From: the human T2T-CHM13v2.0 reference genome, Homo sapiens
Length of the DNA stretch: 64,000 nucleotides
Strand: one strand, 5' to 3'
Assembly (NCBI RefSeq): GCF_009914755.1
Contig: NC_060942.1
Made by a program: the position numbers and the translations under genes. Under the pieces are notes generated by a model that was given only the letters and a program-made list of their open reading frames with translations, was not told the origin of the DNA and did no database searches. Each line of letters opens with the position of its first letter. Position 1 is the first letter of the stretch. Shown here piece by piece: positions 1 through 12,211 of this stretch.

Positions 1-242
1 AGGAAACTTACAATCATGGCAGAAGGGCAAAGGGGAAGTAAGCACATCTTCACATGGAGGCAGGAGAGAGAGAGAGTGAAGGGGGAAGTGCTACGCACTT
101 TCAAACAACCATGTCTCATGATAACTTAATATCATGAGAAGCGCAAGAGACAAGTCTGCCCCCATTATCCAGTTGCCTCCCCCAACACTGGGGATTACAA
201 TTTAATGAGATTTGGGTGGGAACACAGACCCAAACCATATCA
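1..242 (-). mobile_element. MaLR LTR (MSTA/MSTB/THE1-type), cut by the window edge
   Basis: Contains aggaaacttacaatcatggcagaagg and ends gagatttgggtgggaacacagacccaaaccatatca, the reverse complement of the MST/THE1 LTR start TGATATGGTTTGG. Confidence 0.8.
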
Positions 243-869
243 CTGACAATCTTTTCCCTTACATTTTCCATTTATGAACCATAATTATCACCTAGGAAAT
301 TTTGACATATGTGATACTCTTTGTATTTAGAATAAGTTAGGCATTCTGAAACATTTTAAGTGATCTATTAATAAAAACAAACTTTGATAGAAAAATTTAC
401 TGATTGTCTCTGAGATAACATGAAATAAAATATACTTTCACTTCTTTCCTCTACTACACAGAGTCAAGGGTGTGCAAGCAAAGTGTTCTATTATATAATT
501 TTTGTGCCTCAGTTCCTTTATGTTCCAGGGGCAGATTGTAGACCTATGTAATTTTTCTAAATGATGATATTCGCTCTACCATCTCCAAATAACAGAATCT
601 ATGGAAAATTAGATCTAAACTGACATTCCAAGTTGACAATCTATCTAAGGGTGTCGTCTATGCATTGATTCTTTCAGCAACAGAAAAAAATTACAAAACA
701 TTTATCTTAGGGAGTCTGACACATGCTCAATTTATTCCTGATATGTAGGAAAATGGGGGAGATCTGACATTAAAAGCTGAAATTTCTCATATTAAGAAAG
801 AATATATGAAAATAATACCGGATTGAAGTGCATACAAGGATGCCTTGCTGTCCTCTGCATGTCTCTTAT

Positions 870-931
870 TGGAAATGATAGGACAATATACCCTCCTCCT
901 ATAAAAAGGCTATATTGTCCTATCATTTCCA
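870..931. repeat. Perfect 21-bp inverted repeat with 20-nt spacer
   Basis: tggaaatgataggacaatata (870-890) is the exact reverse complement of tatattgtcctatcatttcca (911-931). Confidence 0.95.
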
Positions 932-1897
932 GTGAAATGTAAATACATGCCTTTAGCCCCTTCAATTGAGTTTTAAATTCTTAATCCAAAAAAAATCTAA
1001 TCATTCTCAAATATCTACATCAAAGTCTTGCCATACTACTTGACATGTCTAACACCAATATCATTTCTTGGGAAAGGTATGGGAGTCTTTAAAACCTGAT
1101 TATTTTAACTTGTTTTAGGCATTGTTGTTCTTGGGCACTATGGTCTATCAAGCAAGAAATTTTCTGGAACTCTTTTATCTAATTAAGCCAGTATCACCGA
1201 CTCTTAAAGAGAAAGCATGATTTTGCATGAATATGTCTAAAAGTCATGTAATTATGACCTTTAGGAGGGAGGAGAGGAGAGAGAGAAGTTAGGTTATGTG
1301 CAAAAGACTCTTTCAGAATGGGTAGGACACAGAATAGTCTGATGGGAGACCAGGAGAGCAGACTCAAGTTCCCGGAAGCAGCTCTGACGGTTCTAGTGGA
1401 AGACAGATTTTACCTAATTCTTAATTGTGTCCAGGCGTCACTTACCCCACAAGGATCTATTGAGCACCAACTATATGCTGGGAGCTTGTATTAGTTTTGC
1501 ATTTCTTTCATGCTACTTTAGATTCTGTGAAGGCAAATGTTGACCTCATGCAGCACCGAGAAATTCTTCCATGGTGGAAAGACCTACACATACAGCAGCT
1601 GCAATTCAAGAGTTTTGAAGTTTTTATTGGTGGTTTTTTTTTAAGCAATAGTTTTTCTACAGCAAATCTCTCACTAACAAGATGGCCATTCATGATATAA
1701 AATTAATTTTTGCAGTAAAATAACTCCTACTCTTTATGCCCATTATTTTGTACTGCTGCTCTCCTCTTACTGACCACTGCATATGACCCTAAAAACATCT
1801 CAAGCTCACAACCCTAGAGTTCATGCTGCATCTCTGTGGTCTCTCATAGACCACATCTAAGCTACTGTCAAGTTCAAGTGCTCTTTTTCTTTTTCTT

Positions 1898-2075
1898 TTC
1901 ATTTACTCAACAAATAATTATGGAGTGCCACATGCCCCCATAATAATAATCACCACGTGCCTGTCATTGTCCCAGGCTTTGGGATATGGAAATGAGCAAA
2001 ACAGACAAAACTAGTTTACACTCTAATTGGAGAAAAAGACAAACCAATAAGTAAAATGCATAATATATTACTTTA
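1898..2075 (-). mobile_element. L2 3' end fragment
   Basis: ttcatttactcaacaaataattatggagtgcc...tgggatatggaaatgagcaaaacagac resembles the antisense L2 tail. Confidence 0.6.
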
Positions 2076-3499
2076 TGGTGAAGGGGATAGGTCCTGCGGG
2101 GGTTGGAGCAAAGAGGATTAGAATTAGGGGAATGAGGGCTGACTTGGTGTTCTCAGCTTCTTGTGGTAACTGATATGAACAGGGATATGAGACATAATGA
2201 GTTAATTACAGTCTCAAGGCCAACACTAGTGTAAAGCTGTGCATCTCTGTGAAGGGGAAGTATTAATCCAAGCAGGGTAGCTCACGGTTTTGGAGCCCCT
2301 TCTTGCGAAGGTGACAAAGAGACAAAGGGACTGGGAGAGTGGCTTATCTAGAGCTGAAGAGCTCTAGAGCTCATTCCTGCCTTCTTTGTTCATTGACAGA
2401 GTCTTTGCTAAATTCCCCAGTGGATTCTTAACCAAATCACTGTCACTGAGATATATTAAAATAGAAAATGTCTTCTTTAAAATCCCTGAAGAAATTACCA
2501 AAAATATACATGCAACATTTTCACACAAAGTAAGAAAGCACAAATGTTAAAAAAAAAATTTTCAGCATTTGATGGCTTGTGTCCTCCCAAGAAAATTAAA
2601 TAATACCCATAACTATCTTTATTCTTAATTTTTTTCTTTTATTGCCAAGTGGGAAATAAAAAAAGTCAATTATTTTTGTTTCTAGCATACTGTGATTAAA
2701 CTGTGTGTTTCTAATTATAAGCTACCTACTCAAATAAAAAAAATGTTGCTTTCAAAACATAACACCACAAAATTGTCCCTGTGGCCTGGTGAGCAGTGGC
2801 AGAATTAGAGCTGATTGGGAACATCTACAAAGAAAAAGTGTCCTTAATAATGTGATTATTGGCCACCACACACTTCAGCTGGGGACTTTTCTACACGGAT
2901 GCTTCTGTGGACCCTGGGGAGGGAGTATTTGAAAAGAGCTCAACATTGGACATTGACTAACTGATTTTCTGGTTATAAATAAGAACAAGCATGTGTCCTG
3001 GGGAAAGTAATGAATGTCACTGAGCATAAAGAAGAAACCAAGTTAAATGTACATGGATAGTTTTTTTCTAAGTGTGAATACAGTAGGTCGTATTTGTACA
3101 GTTTTGTCATGTATCATGGTATAGATTCCAAGTTGCATGTGGGAGCTGAAGGAAGCACCCATTTTTCTGTTCACCAAGCCATTCATTCACTCTATTGAGG
3201 ATCTCCATCCATCCAGGGGAGAGCCACTTTTGTGTAGCTTGCTCAAAAACATTGTGTGGCTTATTGGAGAATAAATATACGCAAACACAAACAGGTATCT
3301 CACAACAATTTCTCCTCTACTCTATGGATTCAAATTTTTCCTTTCTGTTGGATGTTTCCACTTAGCCAGAAAGCATTCTGTAAAGTATATAAGCACTTAA
3401 GACTTTGCATACATGTATTATTAATCCCCCCAAGCCATCATTTCTGCCTCTAATTCTTCTTCGTTCAGCCTTCGATACCTCACCACCTACCCCCGCTTT

Positions 3500-4610
3500 A
3501 TTTTGTGTAATCTACATTCAACCACTGCTGAAACCCCACTTGCAATAGACATCAGTCATTCTCTAGCTACCAAATCCACCCACCTTCTCAATTGTGTTTC
3601 TTTTCCATAGCCTCACACTGTTGATCAGCACCTATTTCCCTAAATCACTCCTTCCTTGCACTGCTCATTTTCAGGGTGGTTGTTGTTTTTGTTTGTTTGT
3701 TTGTTTTCTTCTCTAGAATCGCTTCTTCTGTGACTTTATCTCTGGTCTATCTTCCTGCCTCTAGGCCCTAACCATAGGTGTCATGGAATTTTCTATTTAG
3801 CCCTCTTCTCCACCCTCTGTCTTCTAGAAAAATGTATTTACTCTCACTCTTTCAATTATCATCTCTAAGCAGAGAGCATCCAAGTAGCTATCTAGAGACC
3901 TGACTTCTCTCTTGAGCTCCAGTCCCAAATATTTGTCTTCCAGACCAACAGGCAAAACTAAACTGTAGCATCTGTTGTAAACAACCCCCAGGCATCCACA
4001 TGAGTAGCTGAGTGTGTTGTGAATGACCCCCAGGCATGCATATGGGTAGCTGGGTTCGTTATGAATGATGCCCAGGTATGCACTTGGGTTTGAGCTCAAA
4101 CTGGAATATGAGCCAGAGCAGTCAGGCCTCTCCCCCTTTTTGAGGGCTCTCCAGAAAGGACTATTGTCAAGGAGGGAGGTGTGAAAGGAAAAGAGAGAAG
4201 AAAGGGAAGAAAATAGCTTAGGTGGGCTTCAGCCTCTGCTCAGCCCTCAAAGCATGATTTCCTATGAGAACCTCAAAGTTCATCTAGAGAATCTAAACTT
4301 GCCATCCTCTATCCTGTCCTTAAATTCGTCTTTCTTCCTACCTTGTTTATGATAATGTCACTTCATCTTTCCTTTCGCCTGGGTTCAACACATCTTGATC
4401 CTCTCTGTAGCTGCTGGTTATTTTCCATTTTATTCTGTGCAATATATCTTTCTATTTTATATCCTTTCTCCTTTCCCACTGCCTTTGCCTTGATTCCAGT
4501 TTCCAGTGCTTCCCACCTGGACTGTTCCAATAGTGCCACTGACCACTATCCACTCAAGCAACTCACTCCCGTGTGTCTTTCTCAGAGGTCTAAACTTACT
4601 TCCAACATTC
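3500..4610 (+). mobile_element. Degraded L2, interrupted at about 3955-4255
   Basis: Pyrimidine-rich L2 motifs: gacctgacttctctcttgagctccagtccc and cttcccacctggactgttccaatag. Confidence 0.5.
3973..4097. repeat. Diverged 42-bp tandem repeat, 3 copies
   Basis: Units start at 3973, 4015 and 4057; the middle unit is tgttgtgaatgacccccaggcatgcatatgggtagctgggtt. Confidence 0.85.
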
Positions 4611-4624
4611 CCTGGTTATATGGA

Positions 4625-4835
4625 TTTTTTTTTGTTGTTTTTTGAGACGTGGTCTCACTCTGTCACCCCATGCTGGAGTGCAGTGGCTTAACCATAGCTC
4701 ACTGTAGCCTTAAACTCCTGCACTCAAGCAATCTTCCCACCTCCCAAAGTAGCTGGGACAATAGACAGACACCAACACATGGCTAATTATTTTAATTTTT
4801 GTAGTGATGGATTCTCACTATATTGCCAAGACTGG
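4625..4835 (-). mobile_element. Truncated AluJ
   Basis: Poly-T followed by gagacgtggtctcactctgtcacc...atagctcactgtagcc...ctcaagcaatc (J-type diagnostics). Confidence 0.85.
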
Positions 4836-6109
4836 GGGATATGTTTTCAGAAAACATACACACAATCTGAAAAATCTCAAGAAATATTATAAATGTTCTT
4901 CTTTCCATTGAATAGTTTACTTCTTTGGCTATAAACAGGGGCCATTTATTAACATTATATGTAATTTATGGTTTAAAAATGTGGTGGTAAATATTATCTG
5001 TGAAAGAAAGACTGGGAAAATAGCAATCTGTGGGAAGAAGGCTTTGTATGTCAAGGGAGTGAAAAGTGGACCAACTAAAGAAAGTCTCAATTAACCAGGA
5101 GAGCATGTTATTCTGTGGAGTTAGATAGGCAAGGCTCCATGTGAGAAAAGAAAATACAAGGGGGACGTGTGTGTGTATATGTTTGTATGTGTCTCCAACT
5201 ACACAAAAGAGCTCTGTTTCCTCAAAATGACCAACTTTGAGTTGGAAGAGACCAAACTCACAACACTAAACAGGAATCCCAGAATATTCTCCCTAGTTGA
5301 TAATTTTGGACCCTATAAATATACATCTTCACCATTTAACTTGGCTCAGTTATGACAGCTAATGACTAACTATTGAAGAATGTCCTTAAAGAAAGAGGGG
5401 AATGTGGGTTAGTTTGCAAATTCAGGGACTTCTCCCACATTCTCTGAGAGTAGTACCTGAGGACCATAATCCCATTGACGTAGAATGTAGTATAAATGAT
5501 GCTCCTCAAGTTGTGTAAAGTGACTCATTGATAGGGAGTTGCTTTCATGGGCCGCTTCTCCATTCTCACAACCTCTAACTCCCCAAAAGAACTAGGAGAT
5601 GCTCCCAAAGTAAACACTTGTTAAAACAGAAGCTTCCTGCTGGTGAGAGAGGGTCAGGGCAAGGATCTTCAATTTTGTTTGTATTTGCCGTGGGAAGTTT
5701 TGATGATATCAGTGATCTAATCCCTTATGTTCCTCTCTCAACATCCCACCTCTTAAGTCTAACAGGTTGATAGTCCATCCCCTATCTCCTACTCCCTGAA
5801 TACTACATCACCTGCTTGAAGGCAGGGAGTGCCTTGTGTATCTTTGTATCTGGCACGTGTGTAATAATAGGTAAGTGAATCAACAAATCAATGAGCAAAT
5901 ATACCCCATAGCAATGGCTCCCAAAATATTAGATTAAAATATCAAAACACAGTCATTAATTGGACACAAATAATAATATTTGCATAAACATATTGCTGTA
6001 AGTACTTTCCTTTTGGTAAATTTCAAGAATGTGGAAATCATTTCAGAATGAATTAGGAAAATAGCTGCACTGTATTCATTTTGGTATTGAATTCAACTGT
6101 ATTCATTTT

Positions 6110-6540
6110 TTCTACCACCTGGCCCTTGTCTACACTTCAGCTCCCCTCTCCCCAATTTCCTTTTTTGCTTTTTAGTCTCAGCTTTTAGACATCTTCCAAC
6201 TCCTCTGACAGGCCATCATCTCTCTTGTCTTTGTGACTTCATATGTGAGGTTTACTGAGCCCCCAGATTTATCTTCCTCACCTTCTTATCATTCAGGTCT
6301 CAACTCAAAGGAGATATTCTCAGAGAGACCACTTTGACATCTCACTTGGCTAGCTCTTCTGCATACGCTGAGTGTGTGAAGCCGTCAGCACATTAATGAT
6401 GACATCTTTTTATGCATGTCTTCCTGACTAGACCATCAGCTCCTTGGAGGTTCAAGTTTGTCTTGTTCACTTGGTTAGTATTCATTGGTCTCAGTACAGT
6501 GCCAAGCAAACTATAGGTGTTCCGTAAATATTGTCTAGTA
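6110..6540 (+). mobile_element. L2 3' fragment
   Basis: tcattcaggtctcaactcaaa and cagtacagtgccaagc...gtaaatattg resemble the L2 3' end. Confidence 0.6.
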
Positions 6541-9065
6541 ACATCTCAAAGTTAAACAAACATCATTATCATTTTAGTATCTTTGGGGAGATTTCATTCA
6601 TTCATTCAACAAAAAATATATATTCAGCCCTTACTTTCTCAAGCTCTGCTAGAAGTATTCAAGCTCTTCACTCTATAAACAGATCTATTATTTTTCTCCC
6701 TCAAGTATTTCCAGCCCAGAATTCATTTTATCTTCCAAGAGATGTACTTAATAAATCTAGATTGAAATACCACCTCCAAGACTCCTGATGTCCTTCCTGT
6801 AGAAATATGTTATTTTCATATTCTACATTGTCTAAAGCTATTTAACTTCCCAATCACACACAGTGCCTTATGTAGTAACTATGTTCCCAAAAATGTTACT
6901 TAAAAATCAAATTATATATTTCAAGTGAATAACATTGTCATTTTAAGTATTATGTACTCATTTTTATTAAACCTCAATTGACAGTAGTTTTTCACATTTT
7001 ACGTTGTGCCAGAATTTTTCTCTTGATTAATTAATAATACATAAACTAGGCTTAAAAGTATTGGAGGAGTATCTATTTAAATAAATATGTAAATGATTCC
7101 TTTTATTTTAGTGAATGATACATTATTTAACCTTTGTGTAGTAATTCTTTGGTCACCAGCCACATATGTCTGAGATATAATGTGCCCTTTCTTTACGGGG
7201 GTTCAATTAATGTTTCATTTTTGCAATGATGAAATTTAAATTCAGTTTTCCCTTTTTAAAGTTTTTTTTTCACTCTTACATTGCCAATATTGGAATTGCC
7301 ACTAACAGATTTTTCAGGAGTGAGGATGAAATGATGTGTGTGAGAAAAAAAATGTGATAGGGAAGTTTGACAAAGTGTTTTAACTAGGCAGAGGCTGAAA
7401 TTAGAAGCTGGTTATATGAGACATAGCTAAGAAGACATGACATTAAATATGCAGTGATAAGCTGAAACCCTGTTCAAGTAATAGAGCATCACACATAAAG
7501 GTATAGGTGGTTATGGTTAACTATTTTTACGATGAAAAGTAAATAAATATTGAAGCACTAGAAGCTTTCCTAATTCAAACATGACTGGGGTAATACATTT
7601 ATGAACAGAAGAGGCAGGCGAATGGAGATTTGCATAGCCCAACATGAAATCTACCTATGCAATGGCAGTAGAGAGACTCATAAAAAAGCAAGATGGACCA
7701 TTAGAGAAACACTTGCATTTTTATAGCTATTTTTATATCCAATGATCAAAGGCATTTTATTACCTATGTTAGGGGGAATTCATTTATTCATCTTCAAGCT
7801 CTACTATCTCTTTGGAGAAATAAACAAAAAGTCATGACACATCTTTGTAGCCATGACCAAGTAAAGAATTTAATCAAGTAATTTTTTTCACTGATAAATG
7901 ATGAAAAAAAAGGTTAATTTTATTTGGGGGAGAAATAACCAATTCATCTCAAAGTATGGGTAAAGGCAGAAGTTATTTTTATGGGCCATCTAGAAAAAAG
8001 CTCAGGTAAAGAGACAGGGCCCACTAAAAGGCAATCTCTTGTCTCCTACTAGGTACTGATTTATTATAGGCACAAAGGGGGAAGTGTTACTTGGGTTCCA
8101 TGCATTACTTACTGCATCTCTCCAGGAGATTCGGCATCTGCCATCCAGGTGCTGGCTTGATCTGCACTCTTTTTCTTTATAAGATCCAGTGAGATTATAG
8201 CCAAACTGATATGACTGCAGGGTCCCTAAACCCCTTGGCATACAACACTTGGATGTGTCTTTTTCAGCAGATATGATCAGCTTAACATCTGGTGGTTTCC
8301 CTCATTCTGTATTCATGCTTAGAGGCCAGAGTGAGCCAAGGTGATATGATTCTCTTAATGCTTATGTGATTTTGTTTGAATTTAGAGGAGGGCCAGAAAC
8401 CAGAGCCCATTACTTTGCCTATATGATGATGTAATTAAGTACAAATTGGAAAAGGTAGTTGGCTTGCCTGTTGGTTGGCCCCCAACCAACCAGTGTGACT
8501 GATAAGTGTGACTAAGAAAAATAATTTTGGTAATGCCTCATCTCACCACCTGGCTGAATCACAAAGTTTAGAAAGCCTGAGACTAGCTGCCTGGTTGATG
8601 GTTTGTACCAATGTGCTGTGCATCTACCACTGAGATGCTTGGAGACCTCTAGTTTCAGATCAGTGCTAATGGCCTCAAGCCTAGGAATAAGCTGATTAAG
8701 GAGTTCCAAAGGTTAGAGCAGAAGAAAAACTAATCACCCTCAGGAAGGTAGTGGTGTGAAAAGCCAGCAACTACATATGAATGGTGCAAGCATTGCTGTT
8801 TTTTCAGGACTGTTCAAAGCAGCAAATGATAGTTAAGCATCATTCCTATCTGGGCAGTATCACTCTGTTGGTCACAGCATGTCCTTGAAAAGGTAGAGAG
8901 ATCTTGGTTCACTATCTGAGCAAGACAAATTCATTCCATGGCCAAGGCAAGATGTTAAATAGTAATTGTGTGCCCAACTCTCTAACACACACTGGATGCT
9001 TTTCAAATGACCTTGTAGATGGAAAGACTTTCCCCTTTGGCTTCATATACAAGGAAACAGCCCTG

Positions 9066-9424
9066 TGTTACAGACTGAATGTTTGTGTCCCTCCCAAAAT
9101 TCATATGTTGAAATCCAATCCATATAGTGATGGTATTTGGAGGTGAGGCCTTTGGAGCTAATTAGGTCATGAGTTTGAGGCCCTCATGAATGATATCAGT
9201 GGTCTTACAGAGAGAGCTCACTTTCTCTCTCTTTCCACCATAACAGGATGCAACACAGATCAGGAGTCTGAATCTCAAAAGAGAGCCCTCACCAGAACTC
9301 CACCATGCTAGCACCTTGATCTCAGGCTTCCAGCCTTCAGAACTGTGAGAAATACATCTCTGTTTGTTTTGATAAGACACCCAGTCTGTAGCACCTTGTT
9401 ACAGCAGCCTGAGTGACTAAGACA
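9066..9424 (+). mobile_element. MLT1A-type MaLR solo LTR
   Basis: TG...CA ends (tgttacagactgaatgtttgtgtcc ... gactaagaca), internal ttccagccttcagaactgtgag, and a 5-bp target site duplication (TSD) ccctg/tcctg. Confidence 0.85.
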
Positions 9425-9512
9425 TCCTGCATGCAGCTGCCCGTTTGCTTTTTGAGTCACATAGGCCTATAAATAGGAGAAATAAGGGCTACTGCTAGCT
9501 CCTGAGGATATA

Positions 9513-12211
9513 CATGCATACCATGCATACCATTTTATTGTGCTTCACTTTATTGTGCCCCACAGATGTATTTTTTAGAAATTGGCATTTGTAGCAACAC
9601 TGCATTGAGCATGTCTATCAAAGCATTTTCCCAATAGCAAGTACTTGCTTCATGTTTCTGTGGCTTTGCCATTATTTATTATATCTGTTATGGTGATCTA
9701 CAAATCAGTGATCTTTGATGCTACTCTTGTAATTGTTTTGGGATATCATGAACTGCGCCCACGTAAGATGGCAAACTTAATGGATAATGGTTGTGTATAT
9801 TCTGACAATTCTACCACCAGCTAATCTCCCATCTCTCTCCCTCTCTTTGGGCCATGATGTTTGCTGAGACACAACAATATTGAAATTAGGCCAGGTAATA
9901 ACCCTACAATGGCCTGTAAGTGTTCAAGTGATAGGTAAAGTCATACATCTCTCACTTTAAATTAAAAATTGAAAACTAGAAATGATTATGTTTAGTGAGG
10001 AAGGCATGTTGGAAGCCAAGACAGACTGAAAGCTAGGCTTCTTGTGACAAAGAGAAAGGCAAGTTGTGAATGCAAAGAAAAAATTTTTGAAGGGAAGTAA
10101 AAGTGCTACCCTAATGAATACATGATTATATGAAAGCAAAACAGCTTGTTGCTAATATGGAGAAAGTTTGTGTGGTCTGGATAGAAGATCAAACCAGCCT
10201 CAACATTCCCTTAAGTCAAAGCCTAATCCAGAGTAAGGCCCTAATTATCTTCAATTCTATAAAGGCTGACAGGGGTAAGGAAGCTGCAGAGGAAAAGTGT
10301 GAAGCTAGCAGAAGTTGGTTCCTGAGGTTTAAGGAAAGAAGCTTCTTCATAGCAAAAGTTCAATGTGAAACAGCAAGTGTTGAGGTAGAAGTTGCAGTAA
10401 GTTATCCAAGAAGATCTAGCTAGGATAATTGATGAACGTGGCTATACTAAACAACAGATTTTCAATAGAGACAAAACAGCCTTGTCCAAGAAGAACGTGC
10501 CATCTAGGACTTTCATAGCTGTAGAAGACAAGTCAATTCCTGGCTTGAAAGCTTCAAAGGACAGGCTGCTCTCTTGTTAGTGGCTAATAGAGCTGGTGAC
10601 TTAGTTGAAGTCAATGCTTATTTACCATTCCAAAAACCTAGAGTGCTTAAGAATTATACTAAATCTGTCTGCCTACACTTTAGAAATGGAACCATAAAGC
10701 CTGTTTACAGCATATCTATTTACAGCATGGTTTACTGAATGTGTTAAACCCACTGCTGAGACCTACTGCTGAGAAAAAAAATTCTTTCAAAATATTACTG
10801 GTCATTGACAATGTACCTGGTTATCCCAGATCTCTGATAGAGCTGCACAAGGAGATTGATGTTGTTTCCGTGCCTGCTGACACATCCATTCTGAAGCCCA
10901 TGAATCCCTAAGGAGTAATTTTGACTTTTAAATATTATTATTTAAGAAATGTAAGGCCAGGTGCGATGGCTTATGCCTGTAATTCTAGTACTTTGGGAGG
11001 CTGAGGTTGATGGATTGCTTGAGCCCAGGAGTTCAAGACTAGCCTGGGCAAAATGGTGAAACCCCATCTCTACAAAAATATGTATATATATATAAAATTA
11101 GTTGGGCATGGTAGTGTGCACCTGTAGTCTCAGCTACCCAGGAAGCTGAAGTGGGAGGATTGCCTGAGCCCGGGATTTGGATGCTGCAGTGAGCCATGAT
11201 CTTGACATTGCACTTCAGACTGGGCAACAGATCAAGACCTTATCTCACACACACAAAAAAAAGAAAAGAAATTTATTTTGTAAAGTTATAGCTGCCATAG
11301 TTCTTGATTCCTCTGATGGATGTGGGCTGCATAAATTGAAAATCTTCTAGAAAGACTTTGCCATTCTAGATGCCATTAAAAACATTCATGATTCATGGAA
11401 GGAGGTCAAAATATCAACATTAATAGTAGTTTGGCAAAAGTTGACTTCAATCCCCATGGATGACTTTGAGGGGCTCAAGACCTCAGTGGAGGAAGGAACT
11501 GTAGATGTGGTGGAAAGAACAAGAGAACTAGAATTATAAGTGGTGCCTGAAGATGTGACTGGCTTGCTGCAATCTCATAATAAAACTTCAACATACGAGG
11601 AGTTGCTTTTTATGGATGAGAAAATTGGTTTCTTGGGATCGAATCTACTCCTTTTGAAGATGCTATGAACATTGTAGTAATGACATCAAAGTATTTAGAA
11701 TATTCCACATACTTAGTTAATAAAGCAGCAACAGGGTTTGAAAGGATTGACTGCACATTTGAAAGAAGTTCTACTGTGGGTAAAATGCTATTAAACAGCA
11801 TCGCATGCTACAGAAAAATCTTTTATGACAGGAAGAGTCAATTGATGTGTCAAAATTCACTGTTGTCTTGTTTTAAGAAATTGCCACAGTCACCCTAACT
11901 TTCATCAACCACCATCCAGATCAGTAGCAGCCATCAATATTGAGGCAAGACCCTCCACCAGCAAAACAATTATGACTCTATGAAGGTTCAGATGATCATT
12001 AGCAATTTTTAGCAATAAAGCATTTTTACGTTAAGGTACATACATTTTTTACACCTAATGTTATTACACATTTAATATACTACAATATAGTGTAAACATA
12101 ACTTTTATATGCACTGGGAAACCAAAAGATTTGTGTGATTTGCTTTGTTGTCATATAAGCTTTATTATGGTGATCTGGATCTGAACCCACAATCTCTCCA
12201 AGGTATGCTTG
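9513..12211 (+). mobile_element. Near full-length Tigger1 (pogo-family DNA transposon) with disrupted transposase
   Basis: TIR-like ends catgcatacc...ttttattg and ...ctccaaggtatgcttg. ORF 10130-10423 ([22 protein letters not shown]...[12 protein letters not shown]) is the CENP-B-type HTH. About 2.4 kb remains after removing the nested Alu. Confidence 0.92.
10955..11265 (+). mobile_element. AluJ nested in Tigger1
   Basis: Dimeric Alu with ggattgcttgagccc and gtgagccatgatc; TSD aagaaatgta/aagaaattta. Confidence 0.92.

Noticed and set aside
3973-4097. 42-bp repeats as a repeat-spacer array or coding repeat
   Set aside because: Units are contiguous with no spacers, and the peptide periodicity follows from the unit length.
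8470-8490. Hairpin gttggttgg-ccc-ccaaccaac
   Set aside because: Only a 9-bp low-complexity stem, compatible with chance.
10130-10423. CENP-B/TIGD1-like gene
   Set aside because: Fragment of a decayed Tigger1 transposase interrupted by stops and an Alu.
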